Shown: positions 47,111 to 61,570, counted from the first letter of the stretch. The stretch is 64,000 nt of DNA from Selaginella moellendorffii (GCF_000143415.4 NW_003314364.1:363327-427326); one strand, 5' to 3'. Program-made: numbers and translations. The notes: generated from the letters alone by a model not told the origin.

Positions 47111-47356
47111 GGAATTCAGCATGAGATTGACTTGGTTCCTGGAGCTACTCTTTATTAGCGACAATTGACTCATACTAGTCCCATTAAAGATGAGGAGATT
47201 AATAAGCAGCTTGCTGAATACCTTTAGAGAGGGTGGTTATGAATCAGCAAGTCTCCTTGGGCTACTCCAGTAGTGATGGTCAAGAAAAAAGATGGTATAT
47301 GGTGTCTCTGCATGAATTATAAGGGATTGAATGATCAGACAGTGAAGAATATGTTC

Positions 47357-47717
47357 TGTCAAGACCCCCAACAAGATCAAGATTGGAAAATGCAAAAGAC
47401 AAAGAGAAAAGCTAGTGGAAACGAAGAAAAAGCCTTAGACTAGCGTTGATTCAGATTGTGGAGAAATTAAACAAGGCTAACCTATATATACTATAAGTTG
47501 ATGAAGCTCCACCACTCTTGGATTAAAGACGGCCTAAATATAGTTGAGGTTGAGGAGGCGCCATATCATCATCAGGAATGTGGCTCAAGACTTAGGAATT
47601 GTACGGGAAATTAAAGAGTCAGGAATAGGGAAGTGTCTCGAGAGTCAGGAATGTGGTCTGTAGGTCAGGAATCTGGCGAGAGTCAGGACTGTGGCAAGAA
47701 TTGGGGGATTCCTGACA
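47357..47717. mobile_element. Solo LTR (361 bp) of another family
   Basis: TGTCAAGACCCCCAA...TTGGGGGATTCCTGACA inverted termini, TSD TGTTC; removal restores VKNMFPIPRIDDL. Confidence 0.9.
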
Positions 47718-50700
47718 TGTTCCCAATCCCTCGTATTGATGATTTGCTCAATCGTCTTTGTGGTGCTTAATATTTTTTGAAGATTGATTTAAGACAAAGG
47801 TATCATCAGATTTGTGTCAAGCCAGTGGATGTTCCAAAAACTGCATTTTGGATGAGAACAAGTCACTATGAATTTTTGATGATGCTATTTGGTTTAATAA
47901 ATGCTCATGCAGCATTTTAGAGATTGATGAATCAAGTTCTACAACCTTGGGAAAGTTTGCAATTGATTATTTTGATGATATCTTGGTATTTTGCTCTTCA
48001 ATAGAGGAACATGAGATGCATGTGTGAAGTGTTTTGCAACTTTTGAGGACAACAAACTCTACTCAAAGTTATCTAAGTGCAAGTTTTTCTTGGAGGAAAT
48101 TGGATATCTCGGACATTTGATTTCAGTACATAGAGTAATAGTTGATCCCACAAAGATTCAAGTTGTCATTGATTGGCTTATACCTTCGATAAAACATGAT
48201 CTCTATAGTTTCCTTGATATGGCTAAAGTTTTTTGACAAATTGTGAAGAATTTTTCTGAGATAGTAGCACCAATCTTCTCCAAAACATGCTACTATTCAT
48301 AGTTGGGATAAGAAGTGTTAAATAGCATTTCAATGTTTAAAGCAATGTTGTATCTTTGCTCCTGTGTTGAAGATTTGTTATCCTGAGAAGCCTCTTGTAG
48401 TCAAGACAGATGCAAGTGACATTGCTATTGGAGCCGTATTGCTTCAAGTTGGGCATCCTCTTGTGTACATGAGCCATAAGTTTGATGCCACACAGCGGAA
48501 TTGGCCTACTCGAGACAAGGAGTTGTGTGCTATGATTGCTGCTGTGAAGGAATGGTGACATTATCTGTATGGATTAGACTTCCATATGGATTTCGACCAT
48601 CAGTCTTTCCAATTTTTCAGTCGACAAAAGGATCTTCGAGGCCGCCTTGCTTGTTGGCAAGAGTTCTTGTAGGAAATGTCTATTAAGATTTGATACACGC
48701 ACAATGGTGACAATAAAATGGCTGATGTATTATCTAGGATGGTAAATTCTATCTCTTGGATGAGATTAAGGAGTTTGTTGACTTCAACTTCTTTATCACT
48801 AATATTTGCACGAAGGTTTTATTAAGGGACATCTTCGGGATGCTATCCCACTTATTCTTGGGTACACGTAGAGGATGATAGAGGCTAGGGAGCTTTTGAT
48901 GATCAACTTTGACCGCTTGGTAGGTCAAACAACCATGTACATACTTCTCAACATCTAACTTCATCCCAAGCCAAAATAAATGCCTCTTCACTAACATATA
49001 GATTCTTAGTACCCTTGGATGCCTAGCACTTGGCATATTATGACACTCAACCAAAATCCATTTGATTCTAGAGGATATGCAAGACAAGCTTAAGTTGGCA
49101 AAGTTGAACATGAAGCAAACTCAAGATTGAAATAAAAGATTGGTTGGTGAGCATTATTGTCATCAAAAGTACAAAGTTGGTGACAAGGTTTTCCTTAAAC
49201 TGTCAGATGCACAATGGTCTTTAAAAAGGGGTGGCAATGCTAAGTTGTTTCCACAATATTATGGGCCTTAGAAAATTTTACAGCGTGTAGGGAATCTTGC
49301 ATATTTACTAGCTAGAAAAGGAAAAGCAAAAAGCAAAGCCATGAGCACAAGAAAAATTTCTGGATATAAATTTGTTCAATTGCCCCTCAAAGTTCAAAAT
49401 GGAGATTGTCCTAGATTTGCTACAATGGCTGATATTTAAGAAAAAAGTTCTACCTCTCTGAATGCCTCTATGTCCCATAATCTCAAATCCAATGGTGCAA
49501 TTAGTGTGGACATTGTGAACTAGCTCAAGTTTTCTATTCGATAGCAAAGCTTTGTGCAAACAAAGTCTGAAGTTGAGTCTAAGATTGAGTTTAAATATTA
49601 ATACAAGTTGTAGGGTGAAAACCCAAAGCGATCGTTTCCCAGGGGAGAGAGGAGGTATAAAAAGTTCCAAAAGTATAATAAAAATAATGAGGCTAAAGAC
49701 TTAGTCTTGAAGAAACTCTTCACTAGTGCTTCTAAATTAAATTAATGTTAGGATTAAGGGTTAATGGGTGGGAATGAACATGGACTCGAGGGATGCCAAA
49801 AAGACCTCTCAAGGAAGCGCTTGAGAGCAACTCTCACCCCCAGAAGGAAAACTAATTGTGGTATACTATAGTATATACTTTATAAAGTATTACTTACCTT
49901 TTAAAAGTAGAAAGAGTCAAATGAATTTAATATAAATAAGTTTAAAGACTAATCCTAAAAATTTTAAGTACATTACATACATAATAAATAAATAAATATA
50001 TATATATATATATAAATAAACTAAAAGAAAATATTTATTTTAATAAAAATTTTGTATATAAGCTATATGATATTTCTACTGTAATTATGATTGATTAATT
50101 GAATTGAATTAGTATAAATTTGGTATATAGTAAATTTGATAATACTTTAACATGAAAAAAAAATTCACAAACTGTATTAAAATTGAAATTATAGTAAAAA
50201 AAATATATAGAGAATTTAATATAATTTTTATGGGTTTTTGGTATTTAAAGTTTATTTTTCTGCAAAATTTTACAATTTTTTCTATGTTATAATTTTAAAA
50301 AATTTTATACTCTATAAGGCCAATATAAACTATAACATTATTTATATTAACAAACCATATTGTGTTTTAATTTCATGATAATGCTTGATAGAATTATTAA
50401 TCATATATCATATTTATTATAAATTATATCGTGTTTTAATTTTTTACTAAATCTAATAAGCCACAGCATTATCTGTTCAAGACATTATAAACCACAACAT
50501 TATATATATGAAAAAATATCTATAATAAATACTAGATTGTGTTCTAGTTCTATAATAGTGCTTAAGAGAATCATATATCATCTACATTTAAAACCACATC
50601 AATTTATATGTTATGTAGTTCCGGTTTCATAACTATGCTTTGAGAGAGAATCATGTCGAAACACATGTATATATAAATTATATGCATGGTGATAACCCTA

Positions 50701-51499
50701 TTCAAGAGTTATCAGTCTAAGGATTTACATTTATTCCCACAGGTTTGCTGGAAACCTATAAAGAAAAAAAAAAAAACCATATATACAATGAAAACTATAT
50801 TAACAAGCATACTATTGGTTGGGATGGTGGTCAAATGTTTTGGTGTGGAGATTGATTGGGCCTTCTATATTTCTGAAGTGCATGCCAAGGAGAACAAGCT
50901 GAAGGATGGCAATTCCTATGCACATGCCCTCAAACACAAGAAACTTCTTGTTGCCAACATTACAATGGGAGTCTGACTGTTAGAAGATCAAATGGTCTAT
51001 GGCACCTCCTCTAACATATCCTTGTTAGTAATTTAGAATATACTATAGGTGTTTAGAAAATTTTATAAATTATAAACACAAGATTAATCTAAATCTGTTA
51101 AATGGTAGAATATTCTAAAATATCCAAGAATATTTTAAGTATATTCACTACCACACATTAAACTTTAAACTTGTAGAACTTGTAGAAAATGCTTTCTTTT
51201 AATGTGGCTTTGACTTGTTGTAAAAGTGTTTACTGAAATTAAATATATTTAAATCTAAAATTGACATAATTATATGTCATAAGAATAAAAAATAAAAGAT
51301 AGTTTATTCAATTTTTTTGAAGAGATTATTCAGAGTTTAAAAAACATCAGTCCTTAAAAACCAACCCAAATATTTACCCTTACTTTTTACTCTGAACCAT
51401 TTCCAGTGTTCTCAGAAAAATCAAAAACCCGTGAGCACTGAATCAGTTAGAAGCCAACTGTACTACATCTTGCAATATAGGCATGTGGTATGTAGCGAT

Positions 51500-52593
51500 G
51501 CTTGTGGAAAGCTTGAAGAAGCTAGAGTCTTGCGGGATTGCAGAGCCATCTGAACCGTGTAGGTCTGCATGTCATCTCAGTCGTCCCAAGATGCGAGTGG
51601 TCTACTGAGCACACTTACAAAAAATTTCGGTCCAGAGCAAACACACTCTCCAGCTATGCACGAGCGTGCATACCACTCGGACTCCCCAGGCCTGGGACAA
51701 AGAACAATATCTGCAAGGCTTGCTGGACACTATCTGCCTAGCTGTCCAACTAAATCGCGCATTTATTCTTCTGAGCAAAGTTGACAAGCGTAAGAGCATG
51801 CCGATGGTAGGATGCATGAAGCTATGAAGCTGTATATGCACCAGGATGTGTTAAATTCCCACCGGAATTCAGTATAAAGCTCCATATGTTTGAACAACCG
51901 TGCAAACAAAACATACCTAACTTCTTTCGAGGTATCCCTAAACTTGAGTATGCCACATGTCCTCGGAGACAATCTAGTGTTTTCTCTCCAAAAGGAGACA
52001 AGTTCCATCCTGGTATTTGTTTCTGCAACGTTTGGAGTGATCTATTCAATCAGAAACCACGTCTTGGTGACGTTAAGCCTCATTCTCCAGTCTCTTGCTA
52101 TGCACACCAATCACACTAGAGAGACCGCAAGGAATCCAATCTCGGACTAGCATTTGCAAAACAGATTGCCGGTCATTGCTTCGATCTAAACCCTGCAGAA
52201 AAATGCTTGAGATATGTGATCGCCTCTTGAAATGATGTATCCTGTCCTACTTAGCATCAAGAGGATTTGCTGACAAAAGCTATCCATATCTACCACCAGT
52301 GAACACTGATGTTGGCAACTACTGATACAAACTCTCGATCCTTCATGCCCCTCAAAAGCCCTAGCAGCCGCCCTGTACACTCCCAAACACAACCCCAGGT
52401 CTTTCTCACTTGACAAACTCACTGTGCAACATGATTCTACATTGCCTAGTTGACTGTTTCCACTTGCCAATGGCCTCATTTCATAAGAGTATAAATACTT
52501 TGACATTTGGCCGCAGCTAACTGTATTTGGCAAGTGACGGCTTATTGCGATGCGTTTGCTCGAATCAGTCACCAGCAACAAGGACTGGATCAT
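51500..52593 (-). other. Possible spliced gene or pseudogene of unknown function, divergent from the ARID gene
   Basis: Non-repetitive gene-like composition, a 135-aa ORF and several GT..AG-bounded segments on the minus strand; no family recognised. Confidence 0.3.
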
Positions 52594-52714
52594 TACCCAA
52601 TTTGGTGCTTAATTTCTGAAATTAGAATAGTTGCAACTTCAATATTTGAAACCCTTATCTGCCCCTTTTAAGGTGCAAAATCCTTACCTAGTGGGCTTTA
52701 GGTCTGATAAGGAG

Positions 52715-53905
52715 ATGAGTGTATTTGAGAAGAAGGTTGAGTGGGTATTACAAGCTAGAAGAGCACTTGGGCAGAGGCCACTTCCAGCTTTCGTAGCAGG
52801 CAACAAAGTGAACCTTGCACTCTTGCTAGACAAAGTGAAAGAATCAGGTGGGTACTCTAAAACTAGTGGGTCTAGAAAGTGGGGGGATATGGCATCCTCT
52901 ATAGGGTTGCCACCACATTGTGGGCCTAGTGTTAAGTTAGTGTATCTCAAGTATCTCAAGGCTTTTGAGAGTGGCCGAGTCTTTGATGCTGGTGTTGCAC
53001 CTGCAAATGCCACCAAAGGGAATGTTGACCCAAATGTAAAGCGACCAATCCACTCTCATGTCAAAGAGGCCCTAGCCCATGTGAGGAAGTTGGCTCTAGA
53101 TCCAGCAATTGCAGCCCACAGTGAAGGGGAGAACGAGAAATTTCAAGCAATAATAAGGGGGTTTTTGGGTCGCCTCCAGAGGCAAGACAACCAGCAATAC
53201 AGCCACCAGAAGGTACCCTACATAGTTTATGGTCATTTTCATAACTAATTACTGTACTACTTATATGTACAGAGATACGAGAACAATAGACCACGACGAC
53301 CTTCCAAGTATAGCCTTCGTTCTTTGACACCTCGACCCAAACTTCAGCGTTCAACATCAGAGCCTGAGAGCGTTCCAATCGGACCAAGCTTTCAAGCCGA
53401 AGTTCCCTCTTCCGTGCCTCTCAATGCCGACGACGACGACGACTCGAAGCTCTTTCTAGGAAGAGTGGTCTGGTCCAAAAGAGCGGTGAGAAGCCATACC
53501 ACTAGTATGTGCTTCTGCACGGACGATCGTTCGGAAGACTGTGTGAAGCAACACGTCGACGAGCAACGCAGGAAGCTCAAGCTGGAGCTGGGAGAGGACA
53601 TCTTCCAGGAGTGGGGATTCCACACAATGGGGGAGAGCTTGATCAAGTCGGGCAAGTGGAGCAGGCAAGAGCACGCTGAGTTTGCGGCGATCGTGAGAAG
53701 CTGCCGCGGGGACAAGGAGGAGAAGCTTTGGCCGGACCTCCAAGCTTCCTTCGCGGGAAGGAGGAGCCGGGAGGACCTGGTAAGCTACTACTTCAACGTC
53801 TACATGCTGAGGAAGAGAGCTCTCCAAAACAGAACCTACGCAGCAGAGAGTGAGAAGTTTGATAGTGATAAGGAGGACGACGACTTACCAGGCTTGGTGG
53901 TCTGA
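52715..53905 (+). CDS. AT-rich interactive domain protein (ARID + ELM2/SANT-like; plant ARID1/2 type); 2 exons
   Basis: ARID: VNLALLLDKVKESGGY....KWGDMA.....VKLVYLKYL; 60-nt intron 53213-53272 keeps frame; ELM2: VPIGPSFQAEVP, CVKQHVDEQR.KLKLELG, LVSYYFNVYMLRKRALQNR. An upstream exon is possible. Confidence 0.88.
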
Positions 53906-54565
53906 GAGTCTTTTTTGTCAAGGATGAGAGCTTACTTGAGACCTGCGCTCCTTGAACGATTCTCAAACTTATCTAAAAGGTGAAGCCTGGCAATAAAAAA
54001 GAGCTGGAGGATTGCTGTACAACCTGCTCTTCGGCCTATTTCACAAGTATCTTTGCAGCAGAGACCATGTACACTAGAGCAGGAGGAAGCTCGGGTGGAT
54101 TTGAAACGAGTCCTTGATTAGCTGTATGAATCGAAGATGTAAAATCTTTCACAGTAATAAAAATGAAATTCACCTCTGCTTGTTGACAAACAACCTCACG
54201 AAGATCTCGACCCGTCATGATGGACGAAGAAAAGAAACAATACTCATTGTACCCTTCGCTTGTGGCTGCAGCAAAGGACCTCGCATACTGGACTACAATT
54301 TCCTCTCTTTCTACAAAAGAGAGAATGCGCCAGACCCAGATTGGATCGTGAGTTATAAGCTCGGATAAATTTCTTTCACCTTCTTTTGGAGGACTGGAAC
54401 AACGTGTGACACAAGCAGCTGTGCCACCGAGAACGATTCACTTCTCCACGGCAGGAGATCGATTCCCTCATGTGGTACTGGCCAAAACCAAACGGCGCGT
54501 TGATCTCGTGCCCTTCCCCTGCTCCGTGACGGCCCAACCCTACATAGCAAAAAGGACAATTGTAA

Positions 54566-54791
54566 CATTGTTTTCATAAGGGTGTTCACTCTTGGAGTAA
54601 ACTTTACTCCAGCAAAGGAAACTTCACTTAATCAAATTTAAACCAAATTAAAATTTATAAAAACTAACAAAAATTAGGTGGTAGCATTTGAATAGATTAC
54701 TCCAGAAAGGAGTGAACTTCACTTTAGACTAAAATGAAGAGTTTACTCCTTGCGAGTGAAGTGTACTCCCAAAAGTGCCATGAAAACAGTA
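54566..54791. mobile_element. Putative non-autonomous TIR element (MITE, CACTA/CACTG-like)
   Basis: Imperfect TIRs CATTGTTTTCATA / CATGAAAACAGTA and internal palindromes GGAGTAAACTTTACTCC, AGTGAACTTCACT; no TSD found. Confidence 0.45.
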
Positions 54792-54949
54792 TCCCAAGAG
54801 ATGGCATAGTTTCTCTTTGATGCATTTTGCTTTTCTTCTATGTGGTTGTTTGATAAAATGTGTATGTAAATTCTCTAATGTCCCATAAGGACTAATGGCA
54901 TACACTATTTAGTGGAGCTCTCCCTTTGACAATAAATCTGAAGTAGAAA

Positions 54950-57360
54950 TGGCTGCAGTCACTACTATTGTACTGCATTCAGGTCCAAGTCCCCCCTTCG
55001 TGTGGACCACAAGATCAATTGTGGGGTGTGCCATCTCCATTGAACCTCTTCTAGTTGCCATCACCGAAACATGGTAGCCATGTTCTCTGCCATTCCTCTA
55101 GCCACTTTGGCTTCCCCCTGTCTTAAAGGATAGTGTGGTGGAGCCATATTGCTGCTAGTGTAAGTCTCCACCACTCTGCCATCACCTATGATACCCTGGC
55201 CTATATCCCATTGAAGTAAGCCTAATTATGTGCTTCCCATAAGGCCTAGACCCCTGTCGCACACTATACTACCCATTAAGCGTGGCCAAGAGCTTCCCAC
55301 ACAGGAACTCTTGGCCATGTGAACCTAGATCCCCTAGCCTTGTCATCCTCTGCACCTAATATGTCACAGGGTTGGGCCTTAGGGAGGACCTCTCACTCCC
55401 TCAAACTAGTCGAGAACATCCCCACTGTGGGCCTCAAACTCCTATGTAAATCCCAACTCCACTACTTTGATGATCTGTTGCCATACCTCCTTTGTAGTAT
55501 TGCACTCCCACAATGCATGTGTGATCATCTTGATCTTGCCACACTTCCTGCACTTGCAACTTGCATCATCCTAAAAGTGGTGTTCTACTAGGAGACTGTT
55601 GTTGGCTACCAGCCACGAGGTGATCTTCTACACAAGCAGTTTCCAGAAGTGAATTGTGTTGTCCACCACCTGCTCTGCATGCTTCCTTGACCTCATAGGA
55701 GAAAAAGCTTTTCACCCCTCATCACCATGTAGTGGGGTTCTAGTCTGGATCTTTTATCAATTGTTGGTGCCACCATAGCAGTGTTCCATCACCCTCTAGT
55801 AAGCCCTTTGACTCCACCATGTCTAGCCTCTTGGGTGTCTACCTAAGAACTCAGATCCTCCCATATACCTTATTGTTAGTGACGTCTAGCATCACTTGCA
55901 TCTCAGCCATCAAGAGAAGCATATCTCCTTTGGTGACACGAAAAGGTCGTCTTGTATTGTGCTCTAGTGAAATGAAAAACCACACCTTAACATCCCCTTT
56001 TGCCCACGCTGGTGTAGTTGTTGTTAATGCTCGAGTCCATGTCCCTAATGGAAGGTGCACTACATCCTACTCTTCCCACTCCATTTGCCATTGGATTGTA
56101 ATAAAGTCTCCTGCTTTGAGGCATCTCCTAGGCCACTTCATCCCTCCTTTAGTAGTGTTCATGACTTGAAGGAGTCACAGAATGTCCAGTAGAATGTTAT
56201 GCCACTTCCATGGTCCGAACACTTGTGTCCTCTTCTCTATTTGGCATCAATCCTTGTTGATCACTCTAGCCAGTTGCTTCATGGTCCAAAAACCATTCGA
56301 ATGCATTTTTCTCCAGATTGTGTGTGCACCTCCCACCCTAGTGTAACATCTCCCATTTGATATAGTGCATTGAAGAATAGAGGCTAGTTGAGCCACTCCT
56401 CAGCTCTGCTCGGTGGCACTTGCTCCAGCAGAAAAGCTCTTCATAGTTTATGCATACTCTGGATGAGGTTGCCCCCTTTCACTACCTGTGTCAGCCAATT
56501 TGCGAAGAGCCATTGAGGGTCTTCCTCCCAAGGTTTGGCTGCATTGTGCTTAGGGCATATTGCTAGGAGACTCTATCGAAACATTAGTCACCACAGCTGC
56601 CTCCCTAGTTGCAAGCCCATGAGAATGATTTTAAATCTCAATGCCTTCGCCATGTTGCTAGGGTTAATGATTCAAAGCCCCCCTAGGATCCATGGCCGTG
56701 CTATGGATTGCCATGCCACCTTGGCTATAGTCTGCTTTAAGGCCAAGGTTCCCCACCATATGTAGATTCTCACTATTTATCTCACCTTTTGCAGTGTGGC
56801 CTCTAGCACCAGCCAAATTGAGAGGTGATATTGGATGTTGGGGAGGATCATGCTCTTGACTACTATGATCCTCGTTGGGAGCCCAAGTTTCCTCAAGGCC
56901 CATTTCTAAATTGCAGTCCAAATCCTCCTAAGTAGTATATTGTCCTGAGTGGCTGCACTGTATTGGAACCCCATTGGATGTGCAAGTAGCAGGTGTCTTC
57001 GCCTGGCCAAAGCCACTAGAAACCAATCTCTTGTCCCCAGGCTTCGATGCCTAACTTTCCCCAATTCACCCCAACTGACTTATTCCAGTTGATAGCAGCT
57101 CCAGTTGCCATGTTGAAAATCTCTAGTTACTTTGCTGTGTTGAGATTCTCTGGGGTGGTGAGCAGGAATAACATAGTATCATTTGCAAACGCCCCATCCT
57201 ACAACTCCCACGTCATATCCTATGTTCCCAGAAGTTGTAGCTGTTTAGTGGGTAACACTAGTCCCTTGATATCTCCTTTGTGTGCCAGGAAACAGCCCAG
57301 CATCTCTGCAACAATCAGAAACAGGTAGGGGGTGAGTGGACATCCCTGTCTCACTAAGCA
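54950..57360 (-). mobile_element. Decayed L1-type LINE, RT and C-terminal region
   Basis: Minus strand VRQGCPLTPYLFLIVAEML and AFANDTMLF (FADD-like); Trp-rich downstream region. Confidence 0.8.
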
Positions 57361-58559
57361 TCCCAAATGGAAGGTTACATTTAATGTGACCTAACTTGAT
57401 GCTCCCCTATATAGTAGCGAGATGCACAATATAGTAACGTGTTTTCACTAATCTTTGAGAAAGAATATTAGCTGGACCAGCCTTCTCAGCATCAATCTCT
57501 AGGACCTGGATGATGGACTGATCCACAACATCACTAAAGTGTAAACAAACTTTAAGCTTACTCACATAGAACATTGGATGAATTTTCGAACTTGGGGATT
57601 TAGTGGGAACTAAAGAAGGGATATTGGGGAAGGGTATTCCCCATGTCTTTAAGCATCCTAAGGATTAACCCCATCTTTGGCTCCACTTTGTTCCTCTGTA
57701 ATTTCTTTTTTGTGCAACTTGACTCTTTAAATGGTCATACCAAATCTCAAGAACCATTTTTAGGTAATTCAGGATTCTCTATCTGCTCGGGATTCTCAGT
57801 TTACTTGCTTTCTTGAGGATTTCTTAATAAAGCTTGAGAAAGGTTCTCTCGTTTGCACTATACCCTTGTTCTTTGCAATGGGAGTTAGTTTCTTATAACT
57901 CCACTATCTATAGAAGAAGTTCAATACCTATATTGAATGTATTTATTCAATCTTACAACTTATTGACCATGGCCCTAGGGGCATCTCCCCACTTAGTGGT
58001 GTATCTAATTCAGCCTCCCCAATTAGGAGTCTATGATTATAAGATATAGGTGTCCTTATACCCCTCACCTCACCTCACTCTAGTAGGTAGTTGGGACTTG
58101 AGCCCAACTTTGTTTTACTAAAGGGTTGTGTAAGCAACCAAAGAGAATGACTTGAGAGATGGTCTACTAGGTTTAAATAAATAGGGAAAAGACCCAGAAA
58201 TAAAAGTGCACCCCTTTTTTTTAATCAGTTAAAGGTCTTAGGATACTTGAGGTTAAGTGTCTTTATGTTTGAGTAATACTAGGCTAGGTAATCTCCCTGA
58301 AAAATTTTGGAGCTTATAAGTTGGGATTTGCACCCAACCTCCATAGAATACGTTCACAGATTTGATATTCCCTTGACAAGTTGGGCATAGCTCTTTATGT
58401 TTGGTCGACCTAACTAAACCCATACTAATTAACTTACCTCCATTGCATCTTGGGACCCAATTTAGGACACTTCTCAATTTCTCAAATAGATGCTTTAATT
58501 GAACTTTGTATGAGTACATAAAATTTTACCTTCTAGAAATTCCTCTACTAAATCTTAAG

Positions 58560-60830
58560 TATTTGGTAGATTCTCCTTTAGCTTTTATATTACCTCACTG
58601 AGTGGAAATCCTTTCCACTTCACATAGAACCCCTTCACTTTGCATCCTTGTTGCTTGTTCTTGTGCATATTAAAGATAGCCTTGGCTTTATATTCTTCCT
58701 CTCCTTGAATAACCTCAAGTAAGGGTCTCATTTGGTCTTCGCTAAGTGGGTCTTCAAAGTATGGCTTGAATAAGTTCACATAGAACATAAGACACATCTT
58801 CCTTATCTCTCTAGAAAGTCAAAGGCGGTAAGCCATGTTACCAATTTGAGCCTCAATCTTATAAGGCCTTGTGAATTTTCTTAAATAATTCAAGATCATT
58901 TCATTCTAGGAATACATGCACTTTACCTTTGGGTCTATTTTTGGCTGATCCCACTTGGTAACCTTAGGTTTTTGATGTTTAGCCATACCTTCTCCCTAAG
59001 TTGGAACTCTATATCTTTACACTTTTGGTTTGTATATTTGGTTTTTCTTTATTAAACTTGTTTTAAGGAATCCCTCATGAGATTCTAAATATTGAGTCTT
59101 TCCACCATAAATGCCTCTACTGTGAGTAACTCTCTATGCTACTTCGCTATGCCAAGTGCTATGGGACCTTCAATGGCTCATCTATTGATAACTTCCCATG
59201 GACTCACCTTATTAGTCGAATATAGTGAGTTGTTACAACATATTTTTACAAATCCTAAATGATTTACTTAATCAATCTGGTTTTTGGAGACATAACATCA
59301 TAAATAATCCTCCAGCTACCTATTTACCTTTTTTATTTGCCCATCTATCAAGAAGTGTTATTACTATCATACTTGATTCAATACTTATTTCCTGTTTGTG
59401 GGTGACAGATTATATTGAATTTCAATTTAGTGTGATATTACTCCAGGAGAGTTCTCTTGAACTTACTAGTGAAAATCTTATCTTGATTTAAGATGATTTC
59501 TTCTAGCCTTCCTTACACTTGAACCACTTGTTCAAAGAATAACTTTGCCAGATTTTTCACATTCACTTCTGTTGTGGTGGATATGAAATATACCATTTTT
59601 AAAAATTAATCATCCACCACAAATATTGCATCAAATCTGTCACTTGGGGGAGTCCTATGATGAACTCTATCATAAAACATTTCTATGGATGATTGGGAAT
59701 TAGAAAGCTTTGCAATAAGCCCTAGTCAAAGCTTTCACCTATTGATATGTTAGGCATGTCTTTACATAGTCTGAAATGTCCTTAGCCCTATTTGGATAAT
59801 AATACTTTCTCTTGATTAGGCATTTTATCATGTCTTGCAAGAGGTCTATTATAACACTCTTCTAAGGCCATCTTCCTTAATTCCTCTTGTGGAACATACA
59901 CTTTCGTCTATTTATAATAAATGAGTCTATTGTGTTCTATATAGCCAATTTTCTTTTCCCTATGCAGCTTGCCTCTCTAGTGAGCATCTCATGCCTCGGT
60001 TCCTTAGCAACAATTCTTGTGTTAAACCAACATCCTTATACATTGTCTACACATTATTCTAGAAGGTTGTTGTTGCACTGGATACCACCAAATTTAAGTT
60101 TTTTTTCTAACTTAGAGCATCTGCCACGATATTGCTCTTCCTAGACTTATATAGAATCTCACAATTAAACTCAGCTAAAGCATTATGTTTTCCTCGAAGG
60201 TTGGGCTGTGATAAAAAGTGTTTTGTTGCCACATTATTTATATATATCTGAAGGGCTTCCTAAGGTAATATTACCATTTCTTGAACTCCCTAACCACCAC
60301 AATCTTTTTCGTGGGTAAGCCACTTTTGCTAAGCTTTGTCCAAATTGTTTGAGATAAATGTCATTAGGTGATTGTTTTGAAACTGCTCCTAATGTAAAGT
60401 TTGAAATGTTTATTTCTACCTTGAAGTCCTTACCAAGACAAAGTCTAAAGTGTTTATTTCTATCTTGAAGTCTTTACAAAAGTTTGGAAATGCCAACACT
60501 CAAGTAGTGTTTGATGAACTTTCGATAGTGCCCCAAAAATGCCCTTAATTTATGTATAGTCAATAGATTGTATAGAATTTCTCGAGGTCCACCTTGAGCC
60601 CATCCTTGCTCATTACATGCCCGAGAAACTTTACCTTTTGTTGACCAAAGTCACACTTGCTCTTTTTAGCATATAACTTATATTCCTTTAGTTTCTCAAA
60701 CACCTTTGTCAAATGTTTAATATGCTCCTCTAGCATTTTTTCTATAATTATGAAGTGATTTAGATAAGGTACAAAGATGTGGTTCATTAATGTTGAAAAT
60801 ATTACTACCATAACCTCAAAAGTATCATTA
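58560..60830 (-). mobile_element. Decayed chromovirus (Ty3/gypsy with chromodomain)
   Basis: RT/RNase H (KLYAKKSKCDFGQQKVKFLGH), integrase core, and chromodomain EEEYKAKAI...FYVKWKGFPLSE. Confidence 0.82.
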
Positions 60831-61336
60831 GGAACTCAGCTTCATTGCCCAAAGAGCATCACTAAGAATTCACTAGTTTCTAAATTTTTTTTTGAAAGCT
60901 CACTCAACGCAATATTATTTAAACCTAAGGATGTTTAAGGAGGTTCCACTGGGCACTACAAGAATGTGATGCCTAGTAGCTTAAGTCATCCTAGAGCACT
61001 CTCACACTATTTAGTGCTTGGTCAGTTTGCTTCCTTTTGTCTTTCTTTCAAACAAATAGGAAGGTCCTGAGATAGTATGCAATGTTGAAAAGGCCATAAG
61101 ACAATACTCCAGCAATTGCATACCTTCTGAGTTGCATCTTGAAGCTGGACTAGCCACAATGAGTCACCCATGCATATATAAAAGACACAAGTCAATACTC
61201 CTTGTTTCGGGAGCTCCGTTATGAACTTCTTAGCAGACCTGAAGGCCCCACCCACTCTTGTGCTTATAAAAGGGGGTGCACTTTTATTTATAAGCCATTT
61301 CAACTATGTTTATGTTTAAACCCTTATATAAATGCT

Positions 61337-61570
61337 TAAATTTTCCATTGTACTTTAGTCACTTAATCACACTTTTGACCCCATAGAAAGTCTCATTTAC
61401 AACCTCTATAGGTTTGTATACTACCTTAGGGACTTGCTAGCCCCAAGAGGTGATTTCAAAATCATACCAATTTTTCTTTTAGTTTAGGCTATCCATCCAT
61501 GAATGCATGACCACACGTTAGCATCCTTAGGATGTTCAGAATATAGGGAACACCCTTCCCTAATATTGGG
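61337..61570 (-). mobile_element. Fragment of family A LTR 3' end
   Basis: AAATTTTCCATTGTACTTTAGTCACTTAA is the reverse complement of the LTR A terminus. Confidence 0.65.

Larger units (their letters stand above)
43731..49310 (+). mobile_element. Old Ty3/gypsy element hosting two solo LTRs and an inversion
   Basis: PBS TGGTATCGG at ~43843; decayed gag, protease, RT (FPIPRIDDL, YFDDIL), RNase H (KTDASDIAIGAVL) and integrase pieces. Confidence 0.85.

Noticed and set aside
53950-54550. Possible minus-strand exons downstream of the ARID gene
   Set aside because: Could not assemble a consistent frame or recognise a family.
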